Positions 1 through 8,099 of a DNA stretch of 35,404 nucleotides are shown here, one piece after another; the first letter of the stretch is position 1, and every line of letters begins with the position of its first letter. This DNA comes from Silvanigrellaceae bacterium (GTDB taxonomy: Bacteria; Bdellovibrionota_B; Oligoflexia; Silvanigrellales; Silvanigrellaceae). The notes below the pieces were generated by a model. It had not been told where the DNA came from, did no database searches, and saw nothing but the letters and a program-made list of their open reading frames with translations. Made by a program: the position numbers and the translations under genes. The stretch is taken from positions 1 to 35,404 of the forward strand of contig JBMSQQ010000028.1 in assembly GCA_049423385.1 (NCBI GenBank), written 5' to 3'.

Positions 1-215
1 GTGAGCTTGTCAAACGCTCAGCGATTGTTCGTGAAAAACTTCAACATCAGGATATTTCACTCGTGACAGCAATCTATGGATTGAGCACGGGCCAGGTTGA
101 GTTCAACATGTGGGATTTGGACTATTCCGGCCAGGCAGAAATCGACAACGTGCCTGTCATCGAGGCGGTTCCAGCCGCACCCAGGCGTCGGCGTGGAATG
201 GCAGCGGGCCACTGA
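1..215 (+). CDS. 3' fragment of a probable beta-class carbonic anhydrase (5' end outside window)
   Basis: Manual translation of frame 3 (3..215): ELVKRSAIVREKLQHQDISLVTAIYGLSTGQVEFNMWDLD...RRRRGMAAGH*, with TGA at 213-215. It fits the beta-CA C-terminal pattern L..S.I+.......L.+V.A.Y.L.TG.VEF. The catalytic Cys/His motifs are not visible. Confidence 0.6.
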   Translation, partial: ELVKRSAIVREKLQHQDISLVTAIYGLSTGQVEFNMWDLDYSGQAEIDNVPVIEAVPAAPRRRRGMAAGH

Positions 216-325
216 TCTTACCCTTATCCCAATATTCAAGTCATCAGTCAGGTTCGACGCAACTTTGGCTCAATTTGTTGCGATTCCGATGAGCTCCGTT
301 TAGGGTCATGAGACGGAGAATTCAT

Positions 326-1210
326 ATGCTGAAAAAAATCATTTCGATTCTTGCGGTAGCATTCACGACCATTGCTGTTGCTGGCGATGCATTCAATCCC
401 TGGGAAAGCATAACGACTCCCTCGAGCGGGACTCACGAGATTTTTGGCGGATACAATGATGGCTGCGTCAGGGGAGCGCTGGCACCTCAGGAAACCGGCG
501 TGGGCTATCAGTATGTGCAGTTGTCGAGAAACAAATTCTGGGGGCATCGTTCTGCAAATTCGTTTGTCGAAGACCTTGGAAAGAAACTCAGACCAACCGG
601 AATTTCGTTTCTTGTTGCAGACGTCTCGATGCCACGCGGGGGACCATTCACCTGGGACCACGCAAGTCATCAGGTTGGCCTCGACATTGACATTGAATAT
701 CTTCTAGACCCCAGAAGCCTGCAGAGACCTCTCACAGCTGAAGAGCGCGAGAGGCTGCCCAAGTATTATCTCGCCGACACCGATGCGAATGAGGTGATTC
801 GGGAAAACTGGAGTGAAAAGCATGTGGCGATGTTGCGCGCTGCAGCAGAGGACTCACGGACGTTGATGATTTTTGTTCACCCGTCGATCAAGCGAAAAAT
901 TTGTCAAACGCCTTCAAACCGACAGCCCTGGTTGGCGAAAATACAGCCCTGGTGGGATCACCATGAGCATTTTCATGTTCGCCTCAAATGTCCTGCCGAT
1001 GGCAGCAGTCCAAACTGTCGTGCGAAGGCAGAGCCAACCGAGATTGGCTGCGACAGCGAGGAATTGGCTTGGTGGTTTTCGGATGAGTGGCGCAGAATGT
1101 ACGAAGCCCGCAAGAAGTGGCAAAAAGACAACCCGAATCCGACACCGGAGCCTTTGCCAGCACTTCCATCGCAGTGCCAGACCATCCTGAAGGACAATGG
1201 AATCCGTTGA
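326..1210 (+). CDS. mepA: Penicillin-insensitive murein endopeptidase (MepA, LAS-type Zn peptidase), secreted
   Basis: Signal peptide MLKKIISILAVAFTTIAVA; motifs GGYNDGC, SRNKFWGH, DVSMPRGG..HASHQVGLDIDI, HHEHFHVRLKCP. Start placed at ATG 326 (GGAG at 315-318); the ORF track starts at 308. Confidence 0.9.
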   Translation: MLKKIISILAVAFTTIAVAGDAFNPWESITTPSSGTHEIFGGYNDGCVRGALAPQETGVGYQYVQLSRNKFWGHRSANSFVEDLGKKLRPTGISFLVADVSMPRGGPFTWDHASHQVGLDIDIEYLLDPRSLQRPLTAEERERLPKYYLADTDANEVIRENWSEKHVAMLRAAAEDSRTLMIFVHPSIKRKICQTPSNRQPWLAKIQPWWDHHEHFHVRLKCPADGSSPNCRAKAEPTEIGCDSEELAWWFSDEWRRMYEARKKWQKDNPNPTPEPLPALPSQCQTILKDNGIR

Positions 1211-2237
1211 CAGAGAACTGCAATGGGTCCTCGAGTCGCCGATGTTTTTTTCGGCGAATTCGGCACACGTGTCAGAATTCGAAGAAAGCGATCAAACGAA
1301 AATCCAATTGCCTGGTCCCCTGGTGTCAAACAACAGGTTTGCGCATCTCTCCACAGCTGAATCGAAATTGCTTTTGCCGAACAACTCCATGCGGAGTGAG
1401 TGCGTTGATCGGTTGAAGATGGAACTTCCCGGACTGACATCGGGTCGGCTTGGATTGCGATTCGAACTGTTTTTGAACTGTGTTCTCAGGACTCGCTACG
1501 GTGATGAGAACGTCCTGTCACGGGTCCCGGTGCGCGAAAGGTATTCCGATGGATCGGAAAAAACCTGGGGAGAATTTGATTTCCTGATTCGAAATTGTGA
1601 GACGGGCAACATCGAGCACTGGGAATCTTCGATTAAATTCTATTTGCAAATCCGATCGTCGCCGGCATGGAAATGGTGCTGGGGCCCTGGCGTGAAAGAC
1701 AGACTCGATCTCAAAGGCCGAAAAACATTTCTGCAGCAACTGGCATTGTCTTCGACCGAGCTTGGGCAAAAATCGATTCCCGAGGATTGGAGAAAATGGC
1801 CTTTGTTGAAAAGGGTCTTTGCAAAAGGAACAATTTTCTATCGTTGGTTGCCCGAGGTTGAAGAACTTGACGAAATGTTGGCCAGTGCCGTGCTTCCCAA
1901 CTCCTTGTCAGATGATCACCTGAAATCATGGTGGATTGCGGCTGAAGACTTTGGGGCATTGAGGGCTCGATTTGGACAATTCCATGTTGCTGCAACGCCA
2001 CGCAGATTTTGGATGATTGGTTTGCCTGTAGAATCCACTCCCATTGACTCTTTTGAGACATTTGATGATTTCGAAAAGAATCTTCAGCATCGGCTTGTTG
2101 AGGTCAGTGCGCGCCAGGAATGCCTGCATGTTGGTTTCTATCAAACCGGAAGTCCAGCAAGTCTTATTGATGCAGGTTTTGTAGCAGGATCACACTTTAT
2201 TGATGCGCTCAAAAGACTTGAGCCGAACCGCGGTTGA
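1197..2237 (+). CDS. DUF1853-family protein (putative PD-(D/E)XK-like fold)
   Basis: Motifs RLGLRFE, TWGEFDFL, EHWESSIKFYL, WGPGVKDRLDLK resemble the DUF1853 pattern RLG.YFE / TLGE.DFL / H.E.A.KFYL / GP...D.L..K. Overlaps the mepA end by 14 nt. Confidence 0.75.
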   Translation: MESVDRELQWVLESPMFFSANSAHVSEFEESDQTKIQLPGPLVSNNRFAHLSTAESKLLLPNNSMRSECVDRLKMELPGLTSGRLGLRFELFLNCVLRTRYGDENVLSRVPVRERYSDGSEKTWGEFDFLIRNCETGNIEHWESSIKFYLQIRSSPAWKWCWGPGVKDRLDLKGRKTFLQQLALSSTELGQKSIPEDWRKWPLLKRVFAKGTIFYRWLPEVEELDEMLASAVLPNSLSDDHLKSWWIAAEDFGALRARFGQFHVAATPRRFWMIGLPVESTPIDSFETFDDFEKNLQHRLVEVSARQECLHVGFYQTGSPASLIDAGFVAGSHFIDALKRLEPNRG

Positions 2238-2266
2238 AACGAAGAGTTGCAAAACCAAACAACGTC

Positions 2267-2295
2267 TTGAATATTGTTTGCCAAAATTCTACCTT
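2267..2295 (+). promoter_or_regulatory. Possible sigma-70-type promoter for the DUF1800/DUF1501 operon
   Basis: TTGAAT-N17-TACCTT, 33 nt upstream of ATG 2329, overlapped by the inverted repeat CAAACAA-N11-TTGTTTG (2256-2280). Confidence 0.3.
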
Positions 2296-2328
2296 CTTTT
2301 GCAGATTGCTGTGTCAGGATGAATTGTC

Positions 2329-3918
2329 ATGTCGGATGCTGGAATTTCAAGGCAGGCTGTTCGCTGGTTGTCTCGCGTCAGCTACGGCTTGAACCAAAAA
2401 ATGATTGAAAGATTTGTTGGACTGGGCACAAGCGATGCACAGCGATGGTCAGCCTTCCTGAAGGAGCAATTGCAATCCGGGAATTTCTCCGATCCCGACA
2501 CTGAATCTCGAATCCAGGCACTTTCTTTGACGACCTTGCAGAAGGGAGTCGGTGAATTGTGGGCCAACCATTATCTGGCCTCGCGAAAAAAAAACATGGA
2601 GAAATCCGCCGATGCCTCAGTTCCAATGTCGGCCGGGCAGGAGAAGCAAAGCCGTAAGGCACGTCGTGAGCTTGCCCTTGAGCCGGTGCTTGATCTCGAA
2701 ATGGCGACGTGGCTTAGAATAGTTGAAAGCCCATTTCAGATTTTCGAGCGTATGGTTGAATTCTGGCATGATCATTTCCATGTTTATGGATATGAAGGCC
2801 GGGTGGCACCCGGCATGGTTGCGTTGAACAGGGATGTGATTCGCGTTCACGCCCTTGGAAATTTTCGCCAGCTCCTTGCAGCTGTGTGTAGAAGTCCGGC
2901 CATGCTTTTTTATCTCGACAATGCTTTCAATCAGAGCGGAAACCCGAACGAAAATTTTGCGCGCGAACTCTTTGAACTCCACACCTTGGGCGCTGAAAAT
3001 TATCTTGGAACCCTGGAACGTGAGCGGGTGGGAAAAGACAAGCAAGGTCGACCATTGGGGTATGTGGATGGCGATGTTTATGAGGCAGCCAGGGCATTCA
3101 CGGGGTGGCGCGTCGAGGATGGCACGGGTGGTCTGAGTGCAAACAGCGGTCAATTTTTTTATTTTGAAAACTGGCACGATCGTTTTCAAAAAATCGTTCT
3201 GGGGCAGAGTTTGCCTGAACATCAGGCTGCGATGAAGGATGGCGATGCTGTCCTTGATATGCTCAGTTCTCATCCGGGCACGGCAAGGTTTGTTGCAAGA
3301 AAATTGTGCCGCCGATTTGTGTCGGATTATCCTGCAACAAACTTGGTTGAGAAGGTCGCCGATACGTTTTTGCGGCAGAAGGACTCGCCGAGCCAGATCC
3401 GGGACGTGTTGATGGAAATTCTCACCTCCAGTGAATTCCTTTCCGATTCGACAACAAAATTCAAGCGGCCGGTTGATTTCTTTGCAAGCATCCTGCGTTC
3501 CGGTTCGAAAAGATTTGATCCATCGGAAAAATTTATTGCGGGATACCAAAGGGCGGGACAAAGACTTTTTGGGTGGCGAACTCCCGATGGCCCTCCGGAT
3601 TTCGGCATCCCCTGGCAATCGCCGCAGAGTCTCATCGAGAGGTGGAGATTCGCGCAACAGATTGTTCTCGGACAGATTCCTGGTTGTGAAATGGAAATCA
3701 CGAACATCAAGGATTTGTTCACTCCGGCCGCGATGGTTGGGCTCCTCAGCCGACAACTGTTTGTCGTGCCGCCGGCTGATCCATTGAACAGTCAATTGCT
3801 GAAGCGTGCCGCCGGAGGACGACGGATGGACGTGGAGTTGCCTGTAAATCTCGTGCGCGAGAGAATGTCACAAATCTTCGAGTTGGCCTTGATGAGCCCT
3901 GAATTTCAATTGAGGTGA
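2329..3918 (+). CDS. DUF1800-family protein
   Basis: ERMVEFWHDHF, HALGNFRQLL, SPAMLFYLDN, PNENFARELFELHTLG, DVYEAARAFTGW, HPGTARFVARKLCRRFVSD and terminal SPEFQLR are typical DUF1800 motifs; adjacent to DUF1501. Confidence 0.9.
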   Translation: MSDAGISRQAVRWLSRVSYGLNQKMIERFVGLGTSDAQRWSAFLKEQLQSGNFSDPDTESRIQALSLTTLQKGVGELWANHYLASRKKNMEKSADASVPMSAGQEKQSRKARRELALEPVLDLEMATWLRIVESPFQIFERMVEFWHDHFHVYGYEGRVAPGMVALNRDVIRVHALGNFRQLLAAVCRSPAMLFYLDNAFNQSGNPNENFARELFELHTLGAENYLGTLERERVGKDKQGRPLGYVDGDVYEAARAFTGWRVEDGTGGLSANSGQFFYFENWHDRFQKIVLGQSLPEHQAAMKDGDAVLDMLSSHPGTARFVARKLCRRFVSDYPATNLVEKVADTFLRQKDSPSQIRDVLMEILTSSEFLSDSTTKFKRPVDFFASILRSGSKRFDPSEKFIAGYQRAGQRLFGWRTPDGPPDFGIPWQSPQSLIERWRFAQQIVLGQIPGCEMEITNIKDLFTPAAMVGLLSRQLFVVPPADPLNSQLLKRAAGGRRMDVELPVNLVRERMSQIFELALMSPEFQLR

Positions 3919-3924
3919 ACCCAG

Positions 3925-5181
3925 GTGACACTCACTCTGACGCGCCGCAATCTGCTGCTTGGACTCGCTGGGGGTCTTGCCTCTGTTGAGTTTCTCAGCT
4001 CTGTTGCAGGAATTTCCGAAAGAAATGTCGAAGCCCGTGCAGATCTTGTCGAAAAGAACAGAAACGTTCTTCTGGTTGTTTTTCTGCGTGGAGGTTTCGA
4101 CGGCCTGAGCCTGGTATGTCCGACCTCAGGAGAAGACAGAAAACGATATGAGGCCATGCGCCCTACCCTCGCGCTTCCAATGACGGGTGATGATTCAGCT
4201 TTGAAGCTGGATGATCAATTTGGTCTCAATGCCGCCGCCAAACCACTGCATGAGCTTTTCAAGCAGAAGCGTCTTGCATTTGTGCAGGGATGTGGATTGC
4301 CTGTTGCATCCCGTAGTCATTTCGCAGCGCAGACGTTGATGGAGTTGGGAGTGGTCCGTTCCGGTGCCGACAATCGTGGTTGGCTCACACGCTTCATGCA
4401 AAAGCATCCCTCAAAAGCCGCAGTCATAGGTCCGCTCAGACCCACATCATTGCAAGGCGCAGACAACACACTGGCCTACTCCCGATTGCGCGGTCTTGGC
4501 CTGGAAGGATCAGCGGCAGCACAAGCGCAGTTGCGTGCAAGTCTCCGAGAGATTTACGCATTCCAGGGTAGCAGTGGTGGCTATGGCATTGGCGCATTGA
4601 ACATGCTTGATGAACTTGAGGATCTTTCGTTTGTAAACGGCGCAAAGGCGAAAATGGAATTGCCAAGCGGAGAGATCGCCCAGAAATTTGCCTTGGCAAG
4701 TCAGCTTCTTCAACGCGATCAGAAACTTGAAATCATGACACTTGATGTCGGCGGTTGGGATACACATCGTCAGCAAGGCAGTGTTGGTGATGGTTATTTT
4801 GCAAAACAAGTGGCTCAGCTTTCGAAGGCGCTTCTTGAGTTTTACCAGGTGGGACTTGCTTCGTCGAATGCCTGGGTGACGACCGTTGTGATGAGTGAAT
4901 TCGGCAGGCGGGTCAGGGAAAACGGAAATCGTGGAACTGATCATGGGCACGGAAACGTCATGATGCTTCTGGGTCCCCGGGTTCAGGGCGGATTCATTCA
5001 CGGACGTTGGCCAGGCCTTGCCAATGAATCCTTGTTTGAGAGAGCCGATCTGGCGGTCACCGCCGATGTACGGAGTGTGTTGATCCGTTGTTTGCAGTCG
5101 ATTGCCCCGACAGCCAGCACTGCAGACGTTTTTGATGAAATGGACAAGCAGCTCAATCCCGATTTCAAATTGTTCATTTGA
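3925..5181 (+). CDS. DUF1501-family protein with Tat signal
   Basis: Twin-arginine TRRNLL; motifs VFLRGGFDGL, RSHF, GGWDTH, MSEFGRRVRENGNRGTDHGHG; GTG start preceded by GAGGTG. Confidence 0.9.
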   Translation: MTLTLTRRNLLLGLAGGLASVEFLSSVAGISERNVEARADLVEKNRNVLLVVFLRGGFDGLSLVCPTSGEDRKRYEAMRPTLALPMTGDDSALKLDDQFGLNAAAKPLHELFKQKRLAFVQGCGLPVASRSHFAAQTLMELGVVRSGADNRGWLTRFMQKHPSKAAVIGPLRPTSLQGADNTLAYSRLRGLGLEGSAAAQAQLRASLREIYAFQGSSGGYGIGALNMLDELEDLSFVNGAKAKMELPSGEIAQKFALASQLLQRDQKLEIMTLDVGGWDTHRQQGSVGDGYFAKQVAQLSKALLEFYQVGLASSNAWVTTVVMSEFGRRVRENGNRGTDHGHGNVMMLLGPRVQGGFIHGRWPGLANESLFERADLAVTADVRSVLIRCLQSIAPTASTADVFDEMDKQLNPDFKLFI

Positions 5182-5182
5182 A

Positions 5183-5211
5183 AGAGGCCACGTCACAAGG
5201 ACGTGGCCTCT
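5183..5211. terminator. Hairpin between convergent genes (likely terminator, possibly bidirectional)
   Basis: Perfect 12-bp inverted repeat AGAGGCCACGTC-ACAAG-GACGTGGCCTCT just after the DUF1501 stop and 25 nt from the stop of the opposing gene. U-tracts are weak. Confidence 0.7.
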
Positions 5212-5236
5212 CAGCGTGCTCACAACAAATTCAACG

Positions 5237-6274
5237 TTATTTGTCGTCTGCCGGATCGCAAGATGGGCTTTCCAATTCCACCGAAGCGCCTGAACTGTCG
5301 GTGCACGAAAGTACTCCCGATTCTGCAGAACAAGAGAGGCTCTTTGTCACTGCACCCTCAGAGTCCAGATAGCTCAGCGACAACGAACCAGACTGTGCCT
5401 GACAACTTTCGCCCGAGCCCGTCATAAGAAAATTGGTGAAGCTGGTGTCAATCATGCTTCCGTCGGAAAGTGTGTTTCTGCGTGTGCCAGAGACAAGCTC
5501 GCGAGAGACAATCTCCTTGCTCGACAAGGAGCGTTTGACGCGCACCACCATGGGATCTCCCACTGTAGTGCTTGAAAAGCTACCCGTCTTTGTGGCGCCG
5601 TCCTTGTCGACAAACGAAAAGGAGCGATTCATGCTGCCAGTGACTTTCTTTTCCTGGGTTGAAACACCGGCCGCTGCGTCTTCGCTGTAGGAAACGATTG
5701 CCACCGTCCGCTCACCATTCATGGAGAACGACCTCGAAGATGAAATCGTGGTGTTCTTTTTCGTGTTCGTCTGGCTCATGGTCTGCTTTCGTGTTCGCTC
5801 GATTTGAACCTTGAGTCCGTAACTGGTGGGATCTGATTTCAGGTTGACTTTGGCTTTGTCGCTGACGCATTGAACGCCAGAAGGATGGCTCCATGTTCTC
5901 TTTTCTGAACTCGTGCCGCTTCTGCTGAAAGTTCTCGAGACTTTGTCATTGCTGTCGGACTTTTCAATTGAGATTTCACTGCTGATCGTCACAAGCGCTG
6001 ATCCATCTGCCTGTACAGCACAGGTTCGGCTGAAGGTCTTGTAGGGGCTACCTGAGTCCGATCCCGAACCCGACAAACTCAATGAGAATCCGGACGCTCC
6101 CTCACTGTCGCCCGCGCTTGCCGCGCTGACGGCTTCGTCGGTTGATTGTGCGCCATATTCACCTATGTTTTCTGCAGCAACGATGGCTGCAATCTTTTTT
6201 GCGCTCTTCGTGCCACAGGCATTTGAAACCAGAGCCAGCGAACAAAACAGCGGGACAAGATAAATTGACTTCAT
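5237..6274 (-). CDS. Hypothetical Ser/Thr-rich lipoprotein, beta-strand-rich
   Basis: 345 aa; lipobox-like LVSNA-C; AAGGAG RBS upstream; alternating beta-strand pattern and several Cys; no family recognised. Confidence 0.75.
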   Translation of the reverse strand: MKSIYLVPLFCSLALVSNACGTKSAKKIAAIVAAENIGEYGAQSTDEAVSAASAGDSEGASGFSLSLSGSGSDSGSPYKTFSRTCAVQADGSALVTISSEISIEKSDSNDKVSRTFSRSGTSSEKRTWSHPSGVQCVSDKAKVNLKSDPTSYGLKVQIERTRKQTMSQTNTKKNTTISSSRSFSMNGERTVAIVSYSEDAAAGVSTQEKKVTGSMNRSFSFVDKDGATKTGSFSSTTVGDPMVVRVKRSLSSKEIVSRELVSGTRRNTLSDGSMIDTSFTNFLMTGSGESCQAQSGSLSLSYLDSEGAVTKSLSCSAESGVLSCTDSSGASVELESPSCDPADDK

Positions 6275-6322
6275 GGTCGACTCCTTTTCCGGAATGAAGG
6301 TCTATTCTACCCTCACTGTATT

Positions 6323-6349
6323 GTTTCGACGAATTAAATCTGCACTTGA
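6323..6349 (-). promoter_or_regulatory. Putative sigma-28 (FliA)-type promoter
   Basis: Minus strand TCAA-N15-GTCGAAAC versus consensus TAAA-N15-GCCGATAA; about 50 nt upstream of ATG 6274, preceded by an AT-rich tract. Confidence 0.45.
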
Positions 6350-6453
6350 GTGAAAAATATTAAACTACTGTATTTATTATATTTTATATAAACAATGCAA
6401 TTGACTTTGAATGCCTAATCACGAAATAAATGCACATTCAGATATGCAAGCCT

Positions 6454-7440
6454 TCAGGGGTGCGGCTGCCAAGGAAGGAGATTGAGGTCCACATTTCCTC
6501 CAGAAAGTATGATCCCAATTCTACGGGAACCTGTGTCCACGCGCCGCTCAAAAAGAGCAGCAATCGGGACTGCAGCCGAAGGTTCAATAATCAGCTTGCA
6601 GCGTTCCCAAATGAATTTCATTGCTGCGACGATGGATTCTTCAGACACGGTCACGATGGAATCCACTGTGTCGTTTATGATTTCGAAATTCCTCTCGCCC
6701 AGGGATGTGAGCAAGCCATCCGCAATCGTCTTGGGATTTTCCGAAGGAACAATCTGTCCAATGGCCATTGAACGGGCGGCATCGTCTGCCGCATCGGGTT
6801 CAACACCAATCGTTTTCGCGTGGGGCCGGTGTGCCGAAACAACAATGCCAGTCCCTGACAAGAGTCCGCCTCCTCCGACGGGCGCCATCACGATATCCAA
6901 ATCGGGAACCTCGCCCACGAGTTCCAACGCAGCCGTGCCCTGGCCGGCAATCACAAAGTCGTTGTCGTAAGGATGGACAACCCGAGCTCCCGTTTTGCAC
7001 ACGATGAGCTCCTGAGTGGCCTCCCTCGCCTGAAGGGTTGGCTCGCAGAATGTAATGATTCCGCCATAACCGGCAACTGCGTCCTTCTTGACCTGGGGAG
7101 CATTGCTCGGCATCACGATGTATGCCGGAATACCCCGCATGCGCGCAGCGAGTGCCAATGCTTGTGCATGATTTCCTGAAGAATGAGCGATAACTCCATT
7201 TTTTGCTTCTTCATCGCTGAGTGCAAAAACTGCGTTGCATGCACCCCGAAATTTGAACGCTCCGACTTTCTGCAGATTCTCGCATTTGAGAAAAACCTGA
7301 TGTCCCACGTGCTCATCGAGCGAACGGGATGTGAGAACCGGGGTCTGGTGAACGAAAGCCTCTATGCGTCTTGCCGCGACATGGACGTCGTCGATTCCTG
7401 AAAGTTGAGAATAATTCCAGCGGCTCAATGGTTTCGTCAT
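6454..7440 (-). CDS. PLP-dependent serine racemase / serine-threonine dehydratase family enzyme (fold type II, no ACT domain)
   Basis: FLKCENLQKVGAFKFRGA (PLP Lys), HSSGNHAQ, PVGGGGL, VEPDAADD, TIADGL, ILSGGNVD. Confidence 0.92.
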   Translation of the reverse strand: MTKPLSRWNYSQLSGIDDVHVAARRIEAFVHQTPVLTSRSLDEHVGHQVFLKCENLQKVGAFKFRGACNAVFALSDEEAKNGVIAHSSGNHAQALALAARMRGIPAYIVMPSNAPQVKKDAVAGYGGIITFCEPTLQAREATQELIVCKTGARVVHPYDNDFVIAGQGTAALELVGEVPDLDIVMAPVGGGGLLSGTGIVVSAHRPHAKTIGVEPDAADDAARSMAIGQIVPSENPKTIADGLLTSLGERNFEIINDTVDSIVTVSEESIVAAMKFIWERCKLIIEPSAAVPIAALFERRVDTGSRRIGIILSGGNVDLNLLPWQPHP

Positions 7441-8099
7441 TTTTGATTCAAATCCTCGAGTGGATTTGTCCCCTCTGGGGTTGTCACCGGGAATGGGGGA
7501 GGTTCACGATTTGGATTGTTGACGTGATCGGCAACCCGCATGTACCAATCAAAAAATGCGCTCCAGGATTCATGTTTGATCACCTGCCAGAACGGCATAT
7601 CCGGATAGGTTATTTTTGCAGAAGCTTTGTTGTCACCCACTTCAACCCAAATCGGACGTGAAAATTTAATCTCCTTGTCGCCAAGATCCAGACCGCCGAT
7701 ACCCTCTGCGGGGCCGCTGGATCTGATCACCAAAAGATTCAAAGATGCAAAATCGAGGACTCGATTGTTGTTCTGGTCATGAAACAAAGTGATATATGCC
7801 GGATAAGGAAGATTCTTGAGTTCAATTGTAAGACCATTTTTGAACTCGTTGGTGTTTGAGCAGACGAGCTTTTCTTTTGCTGTTTTTTCACTTATTGATT
7901 GATTGCCGGCAAGGCCAATCGCACAGACGCTGTGCGGCCCGCTCTTTGTCTTTGATTCGCGCAGCTCTTCTATTTTGATTGACAAGTTTCTTCCCGTTTC
8001 ACCGGTCAGGTTCAGTGGATCTGTTTGAAGCGTTTCTGCTGGCAAGGATCTCTTGCAACCGCCGAGCACAGCAAGTGCCAAAAAAAGCATAAGGTGCAT
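7437..8099 (-). CDS. Lipoprotein with DUF2141-like domain
   Basis: Likely start ATG 8099 (MHLMLFLALAVLGG-C lipobox); LPYPAYITLFHDQNNNRVLD...PAEGIG resembles the DUF2141 Y.+...HD.N.N..LD...P.EG.G motif; 4-nt overlap with the downstream PLP enzyme gene. Confidence 0.6.
   Translation of the reverse strand: MHLMLFLALAVLGGCKRSLPAETLQTDPLNLTGETGRNLSIKIEELRESKTKSGPHSVCAIGLAGNQSISEKTAKEKLVCSNTNEFKNGLTIELKNLPYPAYITLFHDQNNNRVLDFASLNLLVIRSSGPAEGIGGLDLGDKEIKFSRPIWVEVGDNKASAKITYPDMPFWQVIKHESWSAFFDWYMRVADHVNNPNREPPPFPVTTPEGTNPLEDLNQK

Noticed and set aside
2617..3795. 392-aa antisense ORF
   Set aside because: Lies wholly opposite the well-supported DUF1800 gene and has no recognisable motifs; a shadow ORF.
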